A stretch of DNA of 64,000 nucleotides from Octopus vulgaris (taxonomy: Eukaryota). Both the position numbers and the translations under genes were made by a program. Positions 30,303 through 44,399 of the stretch are shown here, piece after piece. The stretch spans positions 46,190,001 to 46,254,000 of the forward strand of contig OX597835.1 in NCBI GenBank assembly GCA_951406725.2. The letters run 5' to 3'. The notes under the pieces were generated by a model that did no database searches, was not told the origin of the DNA, and was given only the letters and a program-made list of their open reading frames with translations. Within the stretch, counting starts at the first letter, position 1, and each line of letters starts with the position of its first letter.

Positions 30303-30310
<8 letters not shown>
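30150..30310 (+). mobile_element. Possible Helitron/Helentron-type non-autonomous end
   Basis: AAATTTCAGCGCGATCGGATGA..GAGTT..(ACAG)n followed by a TA tract resembles DINE/HINE-type ends. Confidence 0.3.
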
Positions 30311-30343
<33 letters not shown>

Positions 30344-30505
30344 CTTTATTATTAAAGTTGAAAGTTTATGCAGCTTTAATAATAAAACATATAACTCTAC
30401 TTCCGGTATTCAAGGGCTATTTTTTTAACATTTATATGCTTACTCTGATACATGTATATATATTGTATGTATATCCATACACTGAATACATATATACATA
30501 TATAT

Positions 30506-30560
<55 letters not shown>

Positions 30561-32002
30561 CATCAACAAACGCACCCATATATGCATCAACAAGTATACG
30601 TACACACGTACATCCATGTACAAATACAGAAAGGACATACGCAAGAGTGTATATAATTCAGAGATAAAATCTCTCAATGCACAAAACTATAGAAAATGAT
30701 ACAACACAGCTTCTAACCATAGAACGCTTCTTCTCCTCACCCATCGCCATATATTTATGCTAGTCTTTGTATTTACATCTCTTTCTGTAATGTATCACTA
30801 TGTACATACATATATGTGTGTGTGTGCATATATATCTACATGTATGTATGTATGTACATACCAATATACATACATGTGTATTTGTGTGCGTGTATGAGTG
30901 TATCTGAATCAATCAACTCTCACAATTCCTTCATATTAGATCTGTCACAAGTCTGTTATTGAAATCTATAAACCATACTTTTGGTTTTCCTTTCACGATT
31001 TCCAATCCTATTTTACTTTATAAAAAGAATAACTTTAAAATTTTTTTTTCTAAATCGATTCTCTTCCACAATATCTATTTTTTGTTCTACCGTCTTTTCT
31101 TCCCCTTCCTCATCCTCGTCCTCCTTTTCCACCTCTTTTTAATTATTGTATTTATATATACCTGAGTGTGTATGTCAATGTATGAATAAGTAAACAAATG
31201 CTAATAAATACATTGGTACATATTCGTGAATATTTTAGGAGAGCATATTTGATTACATCATTTTTAGTATATACTAGGCCCCTCTCCTCTATCCTTATGT
31301 GGGCGCTTGACGTCCTAGACATATCTGACTAATCTCGTCTGAATCACAATCATAGGAAGGAATATGTTCAATAATGTGAACCGTGTCTCTTGACTGATGA
31401 TCACTGATATTCTACTAATGCTATGATTAGGGCATTTTCCGCCAAAATATCAGCTATCTACCCAATGTATTATGGTTGTAGCTTGAACTAAAATGTCTAA
31501 GGAAAAATTCGTATGTCCCCATTAATTCATTTAACTGGTACAATGTATCTGAAAGAGAGTCCTAGTATTTCTACTCTATACAAAGGTATCTTTCACCAGA
31601 CGACCAGCCGGGAAAAGTGTGGGACAATGGTGAAGGAAACACGAAAATGATTATTGCTTCGTAGTTGTATGGAGGATATTTCGACAGCATTCACTTATTT
31701 CTATGTACCAGGGACAAAAAGAGGAATGCTTGCATATGCTATGTTTGCGAAATAGAGAAAATGACTTGTTTTGAAATTTTATGGTCACAAATGTTTCCCA
31801 AAAGAAGCATAAAAAAAAACGGCGATACGTTGAGCTAAGAAGACATAGCTAAGACGAAGAATATATCTCATTAGTTATAGAAATAGATATATAAGCCCTG
31901 TAATTTCACCAGTTCTGACTTTTGGGCGCTTGCCACTGACATAAATGCTATTTTCGCAATTATGTTATACATAAATACATGCAAACATACACATACACAA
32001 CA

Positions 32003-32395
<393 letters not shown>

Positions 32396-32911
32396 ACGTA
32401 TGTCATTATTCAGTTGTATTTCAAGACTTCTTGCCAATCGAGAAAGAGCCATGCATGTATGTGTACAAAAATCACAGAAAGTAATAGGATGTCACGCATA
32501 CCTTTACCGTAAATTCTATTATGTGTTTTCTACCGAACGCTTTCTGTTGTTTCTTTGCTAGCCGCCATGCGACCACGCAAAATTGCCTTCAAATAATCGA
32601 CTCCGTAATGTGTTATGATATACATCAGCCTTCTTTCCTTTTTTTTTTTTTTTACATTAAGCGTTTCCTCGAATGAATATAAATTGTTAAAGAAACTGAC
32701 ACAAAACTTGAAAAATTTATATTATCTAATACAGTCATATTATGAATTTTATTATTTTTATTTGGAATGTCTCGATCGGAAGTATGCGTTGATTTCTAAA
32801 TCGTTGAACAGACAAAAGTTGTTTGGATGTGTTGTTTTCCAAAGAGTTCGAATCCTGATAAATGAAATTTTGAGTGTGTTTAAATTTTTTTCTCTGTCTT
32901 TATTTAATTTA

Positions 32912-33100
32912 AGACGGTGAGCTTGTGGAATGTTTAGCGGCATTTCGTCCGTCTTTACTTTCTGGTTTCAAATTCCACCGAGGTCGACCATGCCTTTTAC
33001 CCTTTCGGGGTCGATAAAATAAGTGCCAGTCGAGTGCTAGGGTCGATGTAAACCACTTATCCTTTCCTCGAAATTGCTGGCCTTGTGCCAAAATTCGAAA
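32912..33100 (+). mobile_element. SINE family B copy
   Basis: Homologous to the copies at 9082 and 24842. Confidence 0.8.
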
Positions 33101-33139
33101 TTAATATTTTTAATTTGATTTAATTTTTTTCATATTAAA

Positions 33140-33540
33140 TTTATCCTCATGAATATTGGGGAATGGCCGAAAAAATGCGATCGGGAATATAAGCGACTGA
33201 AATGGAATTCCTCAAAAGAGTCGTTGGAATAACATTACACGACAGAGCAAATAGCTCGCAGATCATAGACGCAGATCAAAGTAGAGCCTCTACGTCTCTG
33301 AATTGTAAGATACGACAGACATATAATAACAATGTCCCAGGAAAGAATCTCTGGACAGATTTTACGGACAAAACCAATCGTCAGCAGAGCCAGGGGTAAA
33401 CTGCGAAAACAACGGTTGGATAACATAAATTAGCTCGGCTGACTTCGATTGAGGATCCAACCGGATCAAGTAGAGACGGTTGCTTCTGGCGGGAACCGAT
33501 GGAAGGCGTGTTTGAGAACTCTGCTGCTTCGGCCATCTCA
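33140..33540 (+). pseudogene. RTE-like LINE 3' remnant
   Basis: LYPHEYWGMAEKMRSGI*ATEMEFLKRVVGITLHDRANSSQI resembles the RTE C-terminal region (cf. YG.E.W..EM.FLRR..G.T..DR). Confidence 0.7.
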
Positions 33541-34793
33541 GGTATAAGTGGAAAAAAATGAGATGAGGCACGTATCCTCGGTTGTCCCTAATTCATTTAC
33601 CATCGATCCGGAGAGACAGGATATGGTTAATTGCAAAGAACGTTACAATTATTCCGAGTTGATCAGTGATATCACAGATCGATACTCAGTCAAAGATTCT
33701 TCTTATTTTGATCATGTTATTAAATTTTACTCTTATTATTTTTTCCAAACATGAAACAGTATTATTAATGTCTGTTCAAAATCTGTTGTTTGGGCAAGTT
33801 AGGGGAACAACTTGGGGGGTTTCAGAAGAAAACATATTTTCCCCATCCGTTCTATTATTCGTTTATTTCAGATTCTTTTAACATCGATTATTCTTAACCG
33901 AAGATGCACAATGGGCAATTAAATCACCACCAGGCAAATATCCAGGTTAATATGAATGCCTGTGCTTTCCAACCCCACTAATATGTAGAATTATCTTTAA
34001 CCAGATACCCGTGAGTGGTGAAGATAGATACACAAAGGTCAATTAAGCCAAGTGCTGCGATTAGTATGAATGACTATGCTTTCCAGCTCGACTAATAAGT
34101 AGAACTTTGTTCCTCAGGTATAAATATTGATTCAGTAGAGATAAAAATAAAAGAAAAAAAAGAAAAGAAAGTTACAAGCCAGAGTGGAATATAGAAATTA
34201 CATTTGCTTTTTGTAGGATTCTTTTTTGCTTGTTTTGATTTTCTAATTATTTAAGAAGTATCGTATCATTTCCTAGCAAATAAATTATGGTTGCTCTTCT
34301 TCAGACAGAAGTCAGTCCTGGCAAAAGATCAAGAGAGTTCCAACTGTGGCTATAGGATATTTTAGATTTGTTTCCATTGTAGTTATTGTGTTGCTTTTCA
34401 GACGATCAGACATATCTAAGACTTCATTACCAAATTCGTTTTTGCTTTTTACTTTTTCGAAGATTCTTCAGTGTGTTTTGAGGGAAACTTGTCTGGTATT
34501 CCGTACGCACACACACATACACATACACACATACACATACACACACATACGCACACAAACACACACATACGTATATATATATATATATATATACGTATGT
34601 GTGTATGTATGTGTGTAAGTATGTATGTATACACATTCACACATAATACAACCACACATATATATATGCCCATATTCATACGTATATATCCATGTATGTA
34701 TACGCCTTGTGTTTATATATATGTATATATATATATATATATATAAACACACACTCAGGCGTATACATACATGGATATATACGTATGAATATG

Positions 34794-34852
<59 letters not shown>

Positions 34853-35254
34853 GAGAAGAGGGATACATGTAGATAGATACACATATACAGATAGAGAGTG
34901 GAAGAAAGAGAAAGAGGAGGGGAGAGAGAGACTGAACAAGTGGATTATTACAGAGTTGTTGTTAACAGACAGAGATATAACGGTGACTAAGCGTTTCATG
35001 TGAGATTGGAAGATTCTTCAGTTTAGAGGTCAGAAGTCTGATGAATGACCGCAGATAGGAACTGTCCATTGAAAAAGTCACCTAAATCTCCTTCAATAAT
35101 TCATTTCATGAGTTAAGAATTCGAAAGAAATCTCAGCATTGAAGGCATCTTTATCATTGCATCAGTGACAAGGATAACAGATGAAAGAAGCCAGATTCCA
35201 TGGGGTTCCGCTGTAGGAGACAAGCTTTTAAGATATATAGTTATATTTTGTATC

Positions 35255-35486
35255 TTTTATCTTTTACTTGTTTCAGTTATTAGACTGCGGTCATGCTGGG
35301 GCACCACCTTGAAGACATTTAGTCGGAGTCGGCCCCCAGTACTTGATTTTTGAAACCAGGTGTGTATTCCTTTTGTCGAACTGCTAAGTTGTGGGACGTA
35401 AGCACACTAGCATCGGTTGTCAGTCGGTGGTATGGGGCAAAACAGACACAGACAAGCACACACATATATATACATAAATAAATAAA

Positions 35487-35518
<32 letters not shown>

Positions 35519-35929
35519 CGTATATATAGATATACACACACACACATATATATATATATTTATATATACATATATATATATAGATATATATATATATACA
35601 CACATATATATATATATATTTATATATTTATATATATATATACGTATATATAGATATACATATACATATATATATACATATATATATACGTATATATAGA
35701 TATGCATATATATACGTATATATTTATATGTGCATATGTATATATGCAGGCATGCATGCTTGCATGAATGTATGAATGTACGTATGGATGCATGTATGTA
35801 TGTATATACGACAGGCTTCTTTCAGTTTCCGTGTACCAAATCCATTTATCATGGAGTAGCGGTCACTTGCCGAAGGTGCCACGCAGTGAAATTAAACCCG
35901 GAAACATATGGTTCTGTAGCAAGCTTCTT
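35255..35929 (-). mobile_element. SINE family A, interrupted; its extreme 5' end resumes at 38123-38158
   Basis: Reverse-complement homology to 14427-14822. The head is split at AGCAAGCT(T/C)CTT. Confidence 0.75.
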
Positions 35930-38122
35930 TATTTCATTATATTGGCCATAAAGGCCTTACATAGAGAAAGGAAGCTGCGGGCTGGACACGGACAAAAATT
36001 TTATATGAAATGAAAAATGGAAATGATGGTTAATGGGGAAAAAAGCGACGCCCGTCGATCGTTCTTTCCCGAGAATATTGATCTCTTATATTATTCATGA
36101 AGTAACGAACCTCTTACGTTGTTCAGAATTCAAAACCAAAATGAGGCACTAAGACTCTTACCTTTTTTTCAAACTAGGAACTTTCAATAACCCTGAGGCT
36201 TTTCAACCTCTTATCCATATTCCTCCCCAACATCGCTGGTGACCTCATCCTCCGCCATCACCCAAGCCTCATTCAAGCACAAAGCGGGTGCCGTGTCGGC
36301 GTCGCCCGGCCACAAGTGATATTCTTCATTGAGTCCCTCCAGCCTACTCAACACGGGCAACGTTATGACCTCCACAGCTATCTTTGGAGGCCATTCGGGA
36401 TCAAGTGTGCAGGCTAAAGGTATTTCCTTATGGTGCTTTTCCAACACCTTCTCCACCTCTCTGCCTCTGTAGAAGAAGGCCAAAAATTCGTTTTCAAGCG
36501 GGGACGAGGTAGTCACATCTACCGTCGGCGGCACAATTCCCACCGACAGTGTCTCTTCCCCTGCCGGTGGCACAACCTCCACCGATGAGGTTCCGTGACA
36601 TTCTGGTACTATGTCACCGACTGCCGGCAATGTCCCGTTTCTCTTCCTCTTCCTCTTTTTTCTTCTCACCTGAGCGATGGTGCGTCTCCTCTGTGAACGG
36701 GAAATTCGCCTCCCCTCCCTCATCCCTAGGATCCTTCGGTGAGCACTCATTGTTGCCCACCTTCTTCGTCTTGCAGCCCTTCTTTGAGGAGCCCCACCGC
36801 CTCCTCGGCCCCCCTTCGTTCCCTCTTCTACAGCGCTCTCAACCAACTACTCCAGGACTTTAGTTTGTTCCTGGGGACAGTTTTTCTTCATATGTCCAGG
36901 CTCCAGGCACTGATGACAACTTGGGAGTGCCCTCAAAAGTCACCAGGTACCTGCACGCGGCCATTTCCAAAAAATTTGGAAATACCAGATTTGTGGCTGA
37001 TTGGGTCCACAGGGTCAAAGGCGGTTTTGACCCGGTGGTCAGGTAAAAAAAAAGCCGCAGGCAAAATTTTCACACTGAAGAGTAGGCTCAGCTGCCACCC
37101 AGACCCCGGCAAATAGTGCCCTCTATCCACTCGAGTTCTATCCGGGTGGAAAACCACAGATCCAAGCCCCCGTCAACTTCCTCCCACAATACGTAGGAAG
37201 AAACAAAATCTCTCTGCTCTCCAAGGGATCGTTCGCAAATTTGCAAGCCTCCTCAGGGGTGTCAAATAACAACCACACCGTTGCATATTTGACCCCCCTC
37301 CCCTGGATATGAATTTAATAGTTGGCAGATACTCTGCCAACTCCCTTTCGATAACATTCTTTTCAAATAGGGCGATGTTGTCGAGCGACTTGGAGTATGT
37401 CCTCAACACCACCGTCCTCTTTTCATAGTCTTTGAACCACTGTTTGGGTGGGACAATTTCCAACTCCAAAACATTGTCCTGGTTCTTTGCCATGATTTTT
37501 TTAAAATAAAATGTCCAACAAGAGTTCACGATAAAATTCAAAGAAAGAAGGAAGAAAAGAAAGAAGGTAAAAGCAAGTTTCAACAAAAAGGAAAGAAGAA
37601 AAAAAGAAAACAGTTCAATAAAAACAAAGTCGCAAAAAGATAGAACAAAAGAAAGCAAAAGTTCAAAAAACACATCAAAAATGTTCTGACCACTTGGTAA
37701 TCCAGGCCTGTTTGGTACACCAATTTGAACCTGGAATGCCACAACTTGGAACACAGCTTTCACAAAAATTGGTAAAAGTTGTTGTGTCTTCTCACAAAAA
37801 TTCTCACAAAAAAGCACTATTCATTGAACGTGAACGACGTTTGGAAGCGGAATACGCCCCCAAACAATAATTATCACAATTAAGTGAGAAAAAAACTATT
37901 CACTTAACTGCAGGCAGACCAGAGTCCAGAATCCAGTGAGGACTTTTTGTTTGTAAAAAAAAAAATTACGGCAAACAACAAACTCCCACTGAACCCCAAA
38001 AATAAAAGTCTTAACTTACAGTCAAGCTTCTTTTACAATCAATTCTTCGTCCGCTGCGCACCAGTATGATCACTTCAATCAGTAGTACGAAGGAACAACA
38101 CTGACAACACGCATGCGCAGGA
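35930..38122 (-). mobile_element. About 2.2-kb non-LTR element encoding only a gag-like ORF1 (L1/Tx1-like), with TSD
   Basis: TSD AGCAAGCTTCTT (35918-35929) / AGCAAGCTCCTT (38123-38134). A frameshifted ORF runs from MAKNQDNVLELE (about 37493) to 36211 and contains the zinc knuckle CHQCLEPGHMKKNC. The 3' end is A-rich (AATATAATGAAATAA) and there is no EN/RT. Confidence 0.75.
36211..37493 (-). pseudogene. Gag-like ORF1 with CCHC zinc knuckle (frameshifted)
   Basis: TFEG/..PSCHQCLEPGHMKKNCP at about 36870-36940, followed by a basic/acidic low-complexity C-terminus. The region is GC-rich relative to its flanks. Confidence 0.7.
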
Positions 38123-41100
38123 AGCAAGCTCCTTACCACACAGTCACACCTCTGCCTATATCAGTTATTCAAAGAATGGACATTAGGTCTGTAGGCACGT
38201 GCCTACAAGAGCAGGTTGAATTCTGTAAATAGGTTCATCCATTGCAAAATCCACCAGGTGTAATTAAACTATGCAGTAGAATGGCGCTTCTTACTCAACA
38301 AAAAATAAACTAGTTAAGGTCGCCCGAAATAATTTTGTCTAGCGCCAAATCGAACACCATAAAACCACAGCAATGTCTACCAAAATTAACTTGTAAAGAA
38401 TTATGTCCAGAACTTAATAACAGTGACAGATCATCCAAAGAAATTTCGTATTTAGTCTAGGAAATTTCTTTTAGAAAGCTTTTACAAAGCTTGTACATTG
38501 CTGTAATGTACTAAGCATTTTAATTGCGAAGCGAATTCTAGTAAGGATCGAGACATACTTAGAAAATTGTTATGCTGTGTGATTATGTTCACAACGCTGC
38601 AGCAGAAGAGTCCATCTTTGGAGGTTCGATTATGCCTACTGAATTTCCGATTGGTTTCTGTCTACCACATTGCCATGTGAAATTTAGGAAGCAGAATATG
38701 TACGGAAACACGGAAACACATCTTGCAGGAAATACTTGTAACCATCAGAGCTTATGGTAGAAAACATTTGCTCGAGGTACCACGTACGCAGAATCTAATC
38801 AGCAAATGCAAGAGTGCGAAGCGCAGACAGCCATATCTAGAAAAATAAATAACTAGTTACGGATTATGTATTCCAAAGTAGAACAGAGAGTTATTATTCC
38901 GATGGGTTTCCGTACACTCTCCGTCTACTAAATATTCTATAAACAACTTCAACATGGCGGTTTGCTCCGTTACATCTAGCACGCAAATCTTCCCCAAATA
39001 GCACCATAACATGTATAAAATTCTACGATGTAACACACTTGATAATGAAGTTCTCGGCACGTTGTATAGTTAAAATATGTAACGGTCATGGCTGGAAGCC
39101 TTCTGATTACGCGTTTAATCAATAATCGATGTCTTAAATAACATCAAAACATCATCTACAGGGATCTGGGGACGATGCGATGCTAGGATAGAAAATACTT
39201 TTCCAACGGTCATCGTTCTGTGTCTGTATTAAACCTTGTTTATCACACATACATGGTAGCTGTCGAATCGATGACGAATTTGATCATCGCTGACAAATTA
39301 TCTCATTGTACATGTTAAAGACAATTGCTATCAGCAATGCCCATATTGGAATTCAAAGTCAGTAGCAACTTGTACAACGCCAATAAGATTCTCACCTACA
39401 AAGACAAACAGGGCAGAAACAACTAAGGGCAAGATCTCCATCTTCGCAAAGAGGCGTTTGTTATTCCGGAATTTCACTTTCCTACAGAGATGACAAGATC
39501 TGCAGTCTGTCACTCCCAGCGGTTGGATGGTCGTTGACTCATCTGAGTTCATCTTTCCTTTGATGGGTTTTTTCTTTCACCCTGCAGTGTTCAACGTATT
39601 CCACACTCCTTACCCAGCAGACTTGGTAGGGGTGCCGGTTTAGGCGCCAATGGCCCGACCAATTGAGAGGCTGTACTGGGTTATGTGTTATCAATAGCAC
39701 TAAGACAGACCTGATATATACATTCCTACATACAAACAAACAAACATACAAGTATACATACATATGTGCGTATATACATACATTCTTATTGGAGCAACAG
39801 GATACATACCAACCTGTCAAGAGCAGAAAATGGCTAAACTTAGGATCTTGTGGAAATAATACATATCCTTAATTCATTTGCTACAAATGAACACGGTACA
39901 TGGGACTATAAAAATCTGCAAGACCGACTTGAGATTTAACTGATAACGGTTAATATATACTTACCCCAACAACCTTGCTATCAAGTAGGTGGTCGATCAA
40001 AGTAGACTCTAAAATTAAAAAGAGGAAAATAGCATATGCATGCATGTATGTATGTATGTATGTATGTATGCATGCATCCATGCATGCATATATGTATGTA
40101 TGTTTGTATTTATGTATGTATGTATGTATGTATGTAAGTATGCATTTATGTATGTATGCTCTCTTGTATTTTCAATTATTCGAAATATCCCTGAAAGGAA
40201 GTGGCTGGTTTGCAACAAAGGTACAAAGCGTCTTTGTTAGAATGTATATAACGAAACCAAATTCTCGTTTTGAACTTGAGATAACTCTTGCTGTCCTGCT
40301 TACAGATTGTCATGCAGGAGTTTGCTGGTTGATTGTCTTATTTGAAAATCCTGACTTCTCCAGATCTTGATTTGTGCATTTACTCTCAAAGCCATATGCA
40401 TAAATTACTATTGGTTTAAATGTGAATATATAACCTTGTTATAGAGACTGGAGACATTGATGCAGTTGTCTATGGTTGTCGTCTTTCTATATTAGTGTTC
40501 CAAAAGATATTCACATCAGCAGTACACCTGACTCCTATGACGGTCAGATGTACAGCTAGATACAAATATCTGGCCTGTTATGAGTATAGTTGGTAGAACT
40601 TTTCATGGAAATTTTCCAGGAATATTCTTTCTGTTGATGTTTATGTATGCATTCAATAACAATTCGGTTCTATATATTTATCCACTGACAGTTTTTCCTT
40701 TCGATAAAATCCTATATTATTTTAGCGGTAACATATTATCGCATTTAGACGTAGAACCCGAGCGTCATGAGTCATGAGAGGTAGTATGCATGAATGTATA
40801 TTTATAAATATACATTTGTGCTGTTTTTGTATATATGCGTATGCTGAAGAGGTGACTAAAAAATATTTAATCAATTGTGGATCGTTTAAAACAACAAGAA
40901 TATATATTTTTATGTCTGCATATGTGTATGTATGAACGTATGTGTATACTAGTAGACATACTCACACTTATACAAATTCACACGTGCACACATAGATATA
41001 TGTGCATGCTCCATATGTGGTGTGTATATATGCATACGCACGAAAAGTCCCTGTATATGTTATATATATATATATATATATTCATATGCGTTTATATGTC

Positions 41101-41141
41101 GATATATATATATGCGTATCTGTATGCATTCTTGTTGCTTT

Positions 41142-41192
<51 letters not shown>

Positions 41193-44100
41193 CATATACA
41201 TATATATATAAATACATGCATATGAAACATTTTTTCCAATCATCAACAATTGATTAAATATTTTGTTGTGTTGTCTTTCTTAGCAGCAGGTGGGAATTAT
41301 ATAACCAAAACGAAATTAGATAATATAAAGTAACCGTATAACTTATTCATTATTCTATTGTGAAATATTAATATGTAATTCTATATTTGTATCTTTTCAA
41401 CTGCCGCAGGGTTTATTTTATTAGAAAATGCATATCTGTATGTTGTTGTCATTTACTATGATTATTAATATACTTTTAGTAGTCTGCGCTTTCTTTGTGT
41501 AACTCTACGCAGCTCATTGTATCTTGGCTATGAAATTCGTCTCTCTTTTGTGTTTTCTATTGTAGTCGAAGTATTTAACATGCGGCCATTGTCTAGTAGA
41601 CTACTTTTCTTATTTTTTTTTTACCGCTTGGAAATATTAGTGCCAGTCGTGCATTGTATTTTATTGGTAAAGCCACAATTACGAAATGCCTCGTTATAAT
41701 AATGGAAAACATTGACAAAGAGCGTCATCTGAAGGAAACGAGAATACATGCTTTGCAATATTAGAGAAACATTTTTTTAGCCGGTTTTTCTAATCCCTGT
41801 TTATATAACGCTGCTTTTCATCAAGACTTTGTTATGTTTAGAAGTTATTCTTGTCTATATTTAAAACAAGCTCAAGAAAATTAACAAAGCCAAACTTCGT
41901 TTCAACTGGAATTTTTAAGCACATTTCTATCAGTGACTTTATGCAGGTTTCTTTTTTATTAAACTACCTGGCGCGAAGCATTCATATTAAGCAAGCCTAT
42001 AAACCCATCATCTCAATGTATGTCTCCTATTCAAGAGAGAGAAATCAGTTATTCGAAATTCTAAAAGTAATTTCGCATAATTTAGCCCATGGAATTGCAA
42101 AAAAATTGTCTCTAATTTTTTAAAAATGCAGTTTATTATAGTCTATTTCAGACATACAGAATATTGTCTGCGCGTTATAACTTGTAAATACGCGTAATAT
42201 GTTTCTATTTGTAACGATTCTGGTACCTAATAGTTGAAAGATGTCTCCGGTTTGAATTCAACACAGAACTTAAAAAGACGTTACGAAACACCCGGTAGAA
42301 TGACGTTTTCTGCCCCTTCGTCGATTCTGGCAATTTACTGGCCTTTCAGCTTACATTTTGCTAAAAGTATAACTGCAAAATAATATCAGTATACCTTTCC
42401 TTGGCCCTTCAAATCTGTGACAGATTAGGAAGCGCATCGTTAAGGCATACGGCATGCCTTTGACAATTTTACGCACAACAAACACATAAGTCTCCATATT
42501 TGACTCGATCAATCCCAGAAACAAAACAAAACAAAAAAAAAAACGAATCAGCCCAAGAAAAGAAGTGGCATTTTATTTATCAACCCCGAAAGGACAAAAA
42601 GTAAAGCTGACGTACATAAGAAGCGAACTCAGAGTGAAGTGAAGCAGAACGATTGTTGCAAAGATATCTCCCCGACGCCGCCGCCGCAGCTGCTCTGCCA
42701 GTTGGACGCCTTCAATTCCAATATGTCTTGTGGGGATAAGTGAGTTGCCGGAAAATGAGGTTTGGCAACAGACAATTAACCTGCTGAACGTCTGAAGTAG
42801 TTAATTAACCTTCTTTATTAAAAAAGATAATTAACCTAGTTCATGTGATTTCCTCGAACGTTTGAAAAGTAATCAAGAGTAACTTCCCGTTAGCTGATTG
42901 GGAAATAACAAATCTGCTTATCAGACGGAATTAGTCATGCGTGTCACGTTCTAACCAGGAATATACAACCTTTCGGATGGATAGTAACGAAAGTAGTTTT
43001 TTAACAATTTATAGTCGAAAGAAAGAACGAGGGAAAGAATAAATGAGTGGGGAAATAACTGATTAATAATGTTTAAATGAACCTTGTTGGGCTTTTAAGA
43101 ATTTTAATAAATGGGCATTCCTAACTTAGCGGAATAATTCAAACTAACGGGACCTTTAGAATATCGACCTTTTCTAAAATATTATGAGGCAATGTATAAT
43201 ATACGCATTCATAGCATTGGGTGATTTTATTCAGCGATTACGTCTTCGACTTTGTTCCATACGTTAGGAGTTTGGAAAGAAGAGACTCTCAAAATTGATT
43301 AATTGTATGAAGCGTGTGTATGAATTTTTTATGTCTAGAATATTCTAAATTTATATGTCAAATACTACACAATATCTAACACTTAGTACGTGATTCTAAC
43401 GTCATTATTTCGTCTGGTTCATTGAAATTTATGTAATAAATACACTCTATTTTCTTAAATTTCTCAATGGGTAATATTTATTAGACGCTAAAATTAATTT
43501 GATACACAAAGATTTACAAATTCCATAGCATTATCCACATTAATATTTAGTTTTGATTCCTTAAATAACTTTATGCAATTTTTATGTGATCTTATCAAGT
43601 ATAAACCATTCAAATCAAATGCATTTATCTCTCGTCATCTCCATATAAACTGCACCGGATATTATTGAATTTATTTGTGTAATAAATATAGTGTGTAAAG
43701 ATGTATGACCCCATACTTTACAACTGAATCTCAATTAACTATCGCCAAATGTAAATAATTGAAAGTATTATTTAAATTGTTTTTATCTTCGATGAATAAT
43801 GAAGATAGAATCATGATCAATGATTGTTATATAGAATCCTAACAAAAGCAGATTTCTTGTTTTTTTACAAAGATATAGTGACCAAACATTAAAATGCAAT
43901 ATCTTCAACACCTGTTTTGACTTCATATATTTTTAGCTGCTTTGAATCCAAAACTTTATTGAAATATTTCAATTTTATAAACTGATTATAGATGAACAAC
44001 ATATAGCCCTGTACAATTCAGGTCCAGTCAATCAAAACAATTACTTTTGTTTCCACAAGTTTAACATTTTGTTCATCTTCAGCATAATTATAACATCACC

Positions 44101-44399
44101 TGCGTAATTTCTATCATCGCTTGAGGATAAGCAAGTAAATGTTTGTACGTATACGCACACACATACGCATGCGCGCGTGCACACAAGCGCACACAGACAA
44201 ACATACATGTTTGGTTTCATGTTCGGTTATATCAAATACAATTTTACATCATTTCATTCAGAATTATTATACACGTTTGTACAACACAAATTTATTATTC
44301 TTTAACAAGAATAATACTGACAGTGACTTCGAAATTACAGCCGCCTAAGCCGTCATCGGATTGCATATATGCGTATATATGTATATATATATATATATA

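Noticed and set aside
39330-39700. Possible host exon (polypyrimidine-CAG at about 39585) in GC-richer sequence
   Set aside because: No convincing open frame, donor site or recognisable domain
41400-44130. Long repeat-poor stretch that could contain exons or enhancers
   Set aside because: No ORF or motif support from the sequence alone. It needs conservation or RNA data.
44330-44365. Minus-strand CCGATGA-cggc..-GCTGTA relic
   Set aside because: The GAAA half of the core is missing
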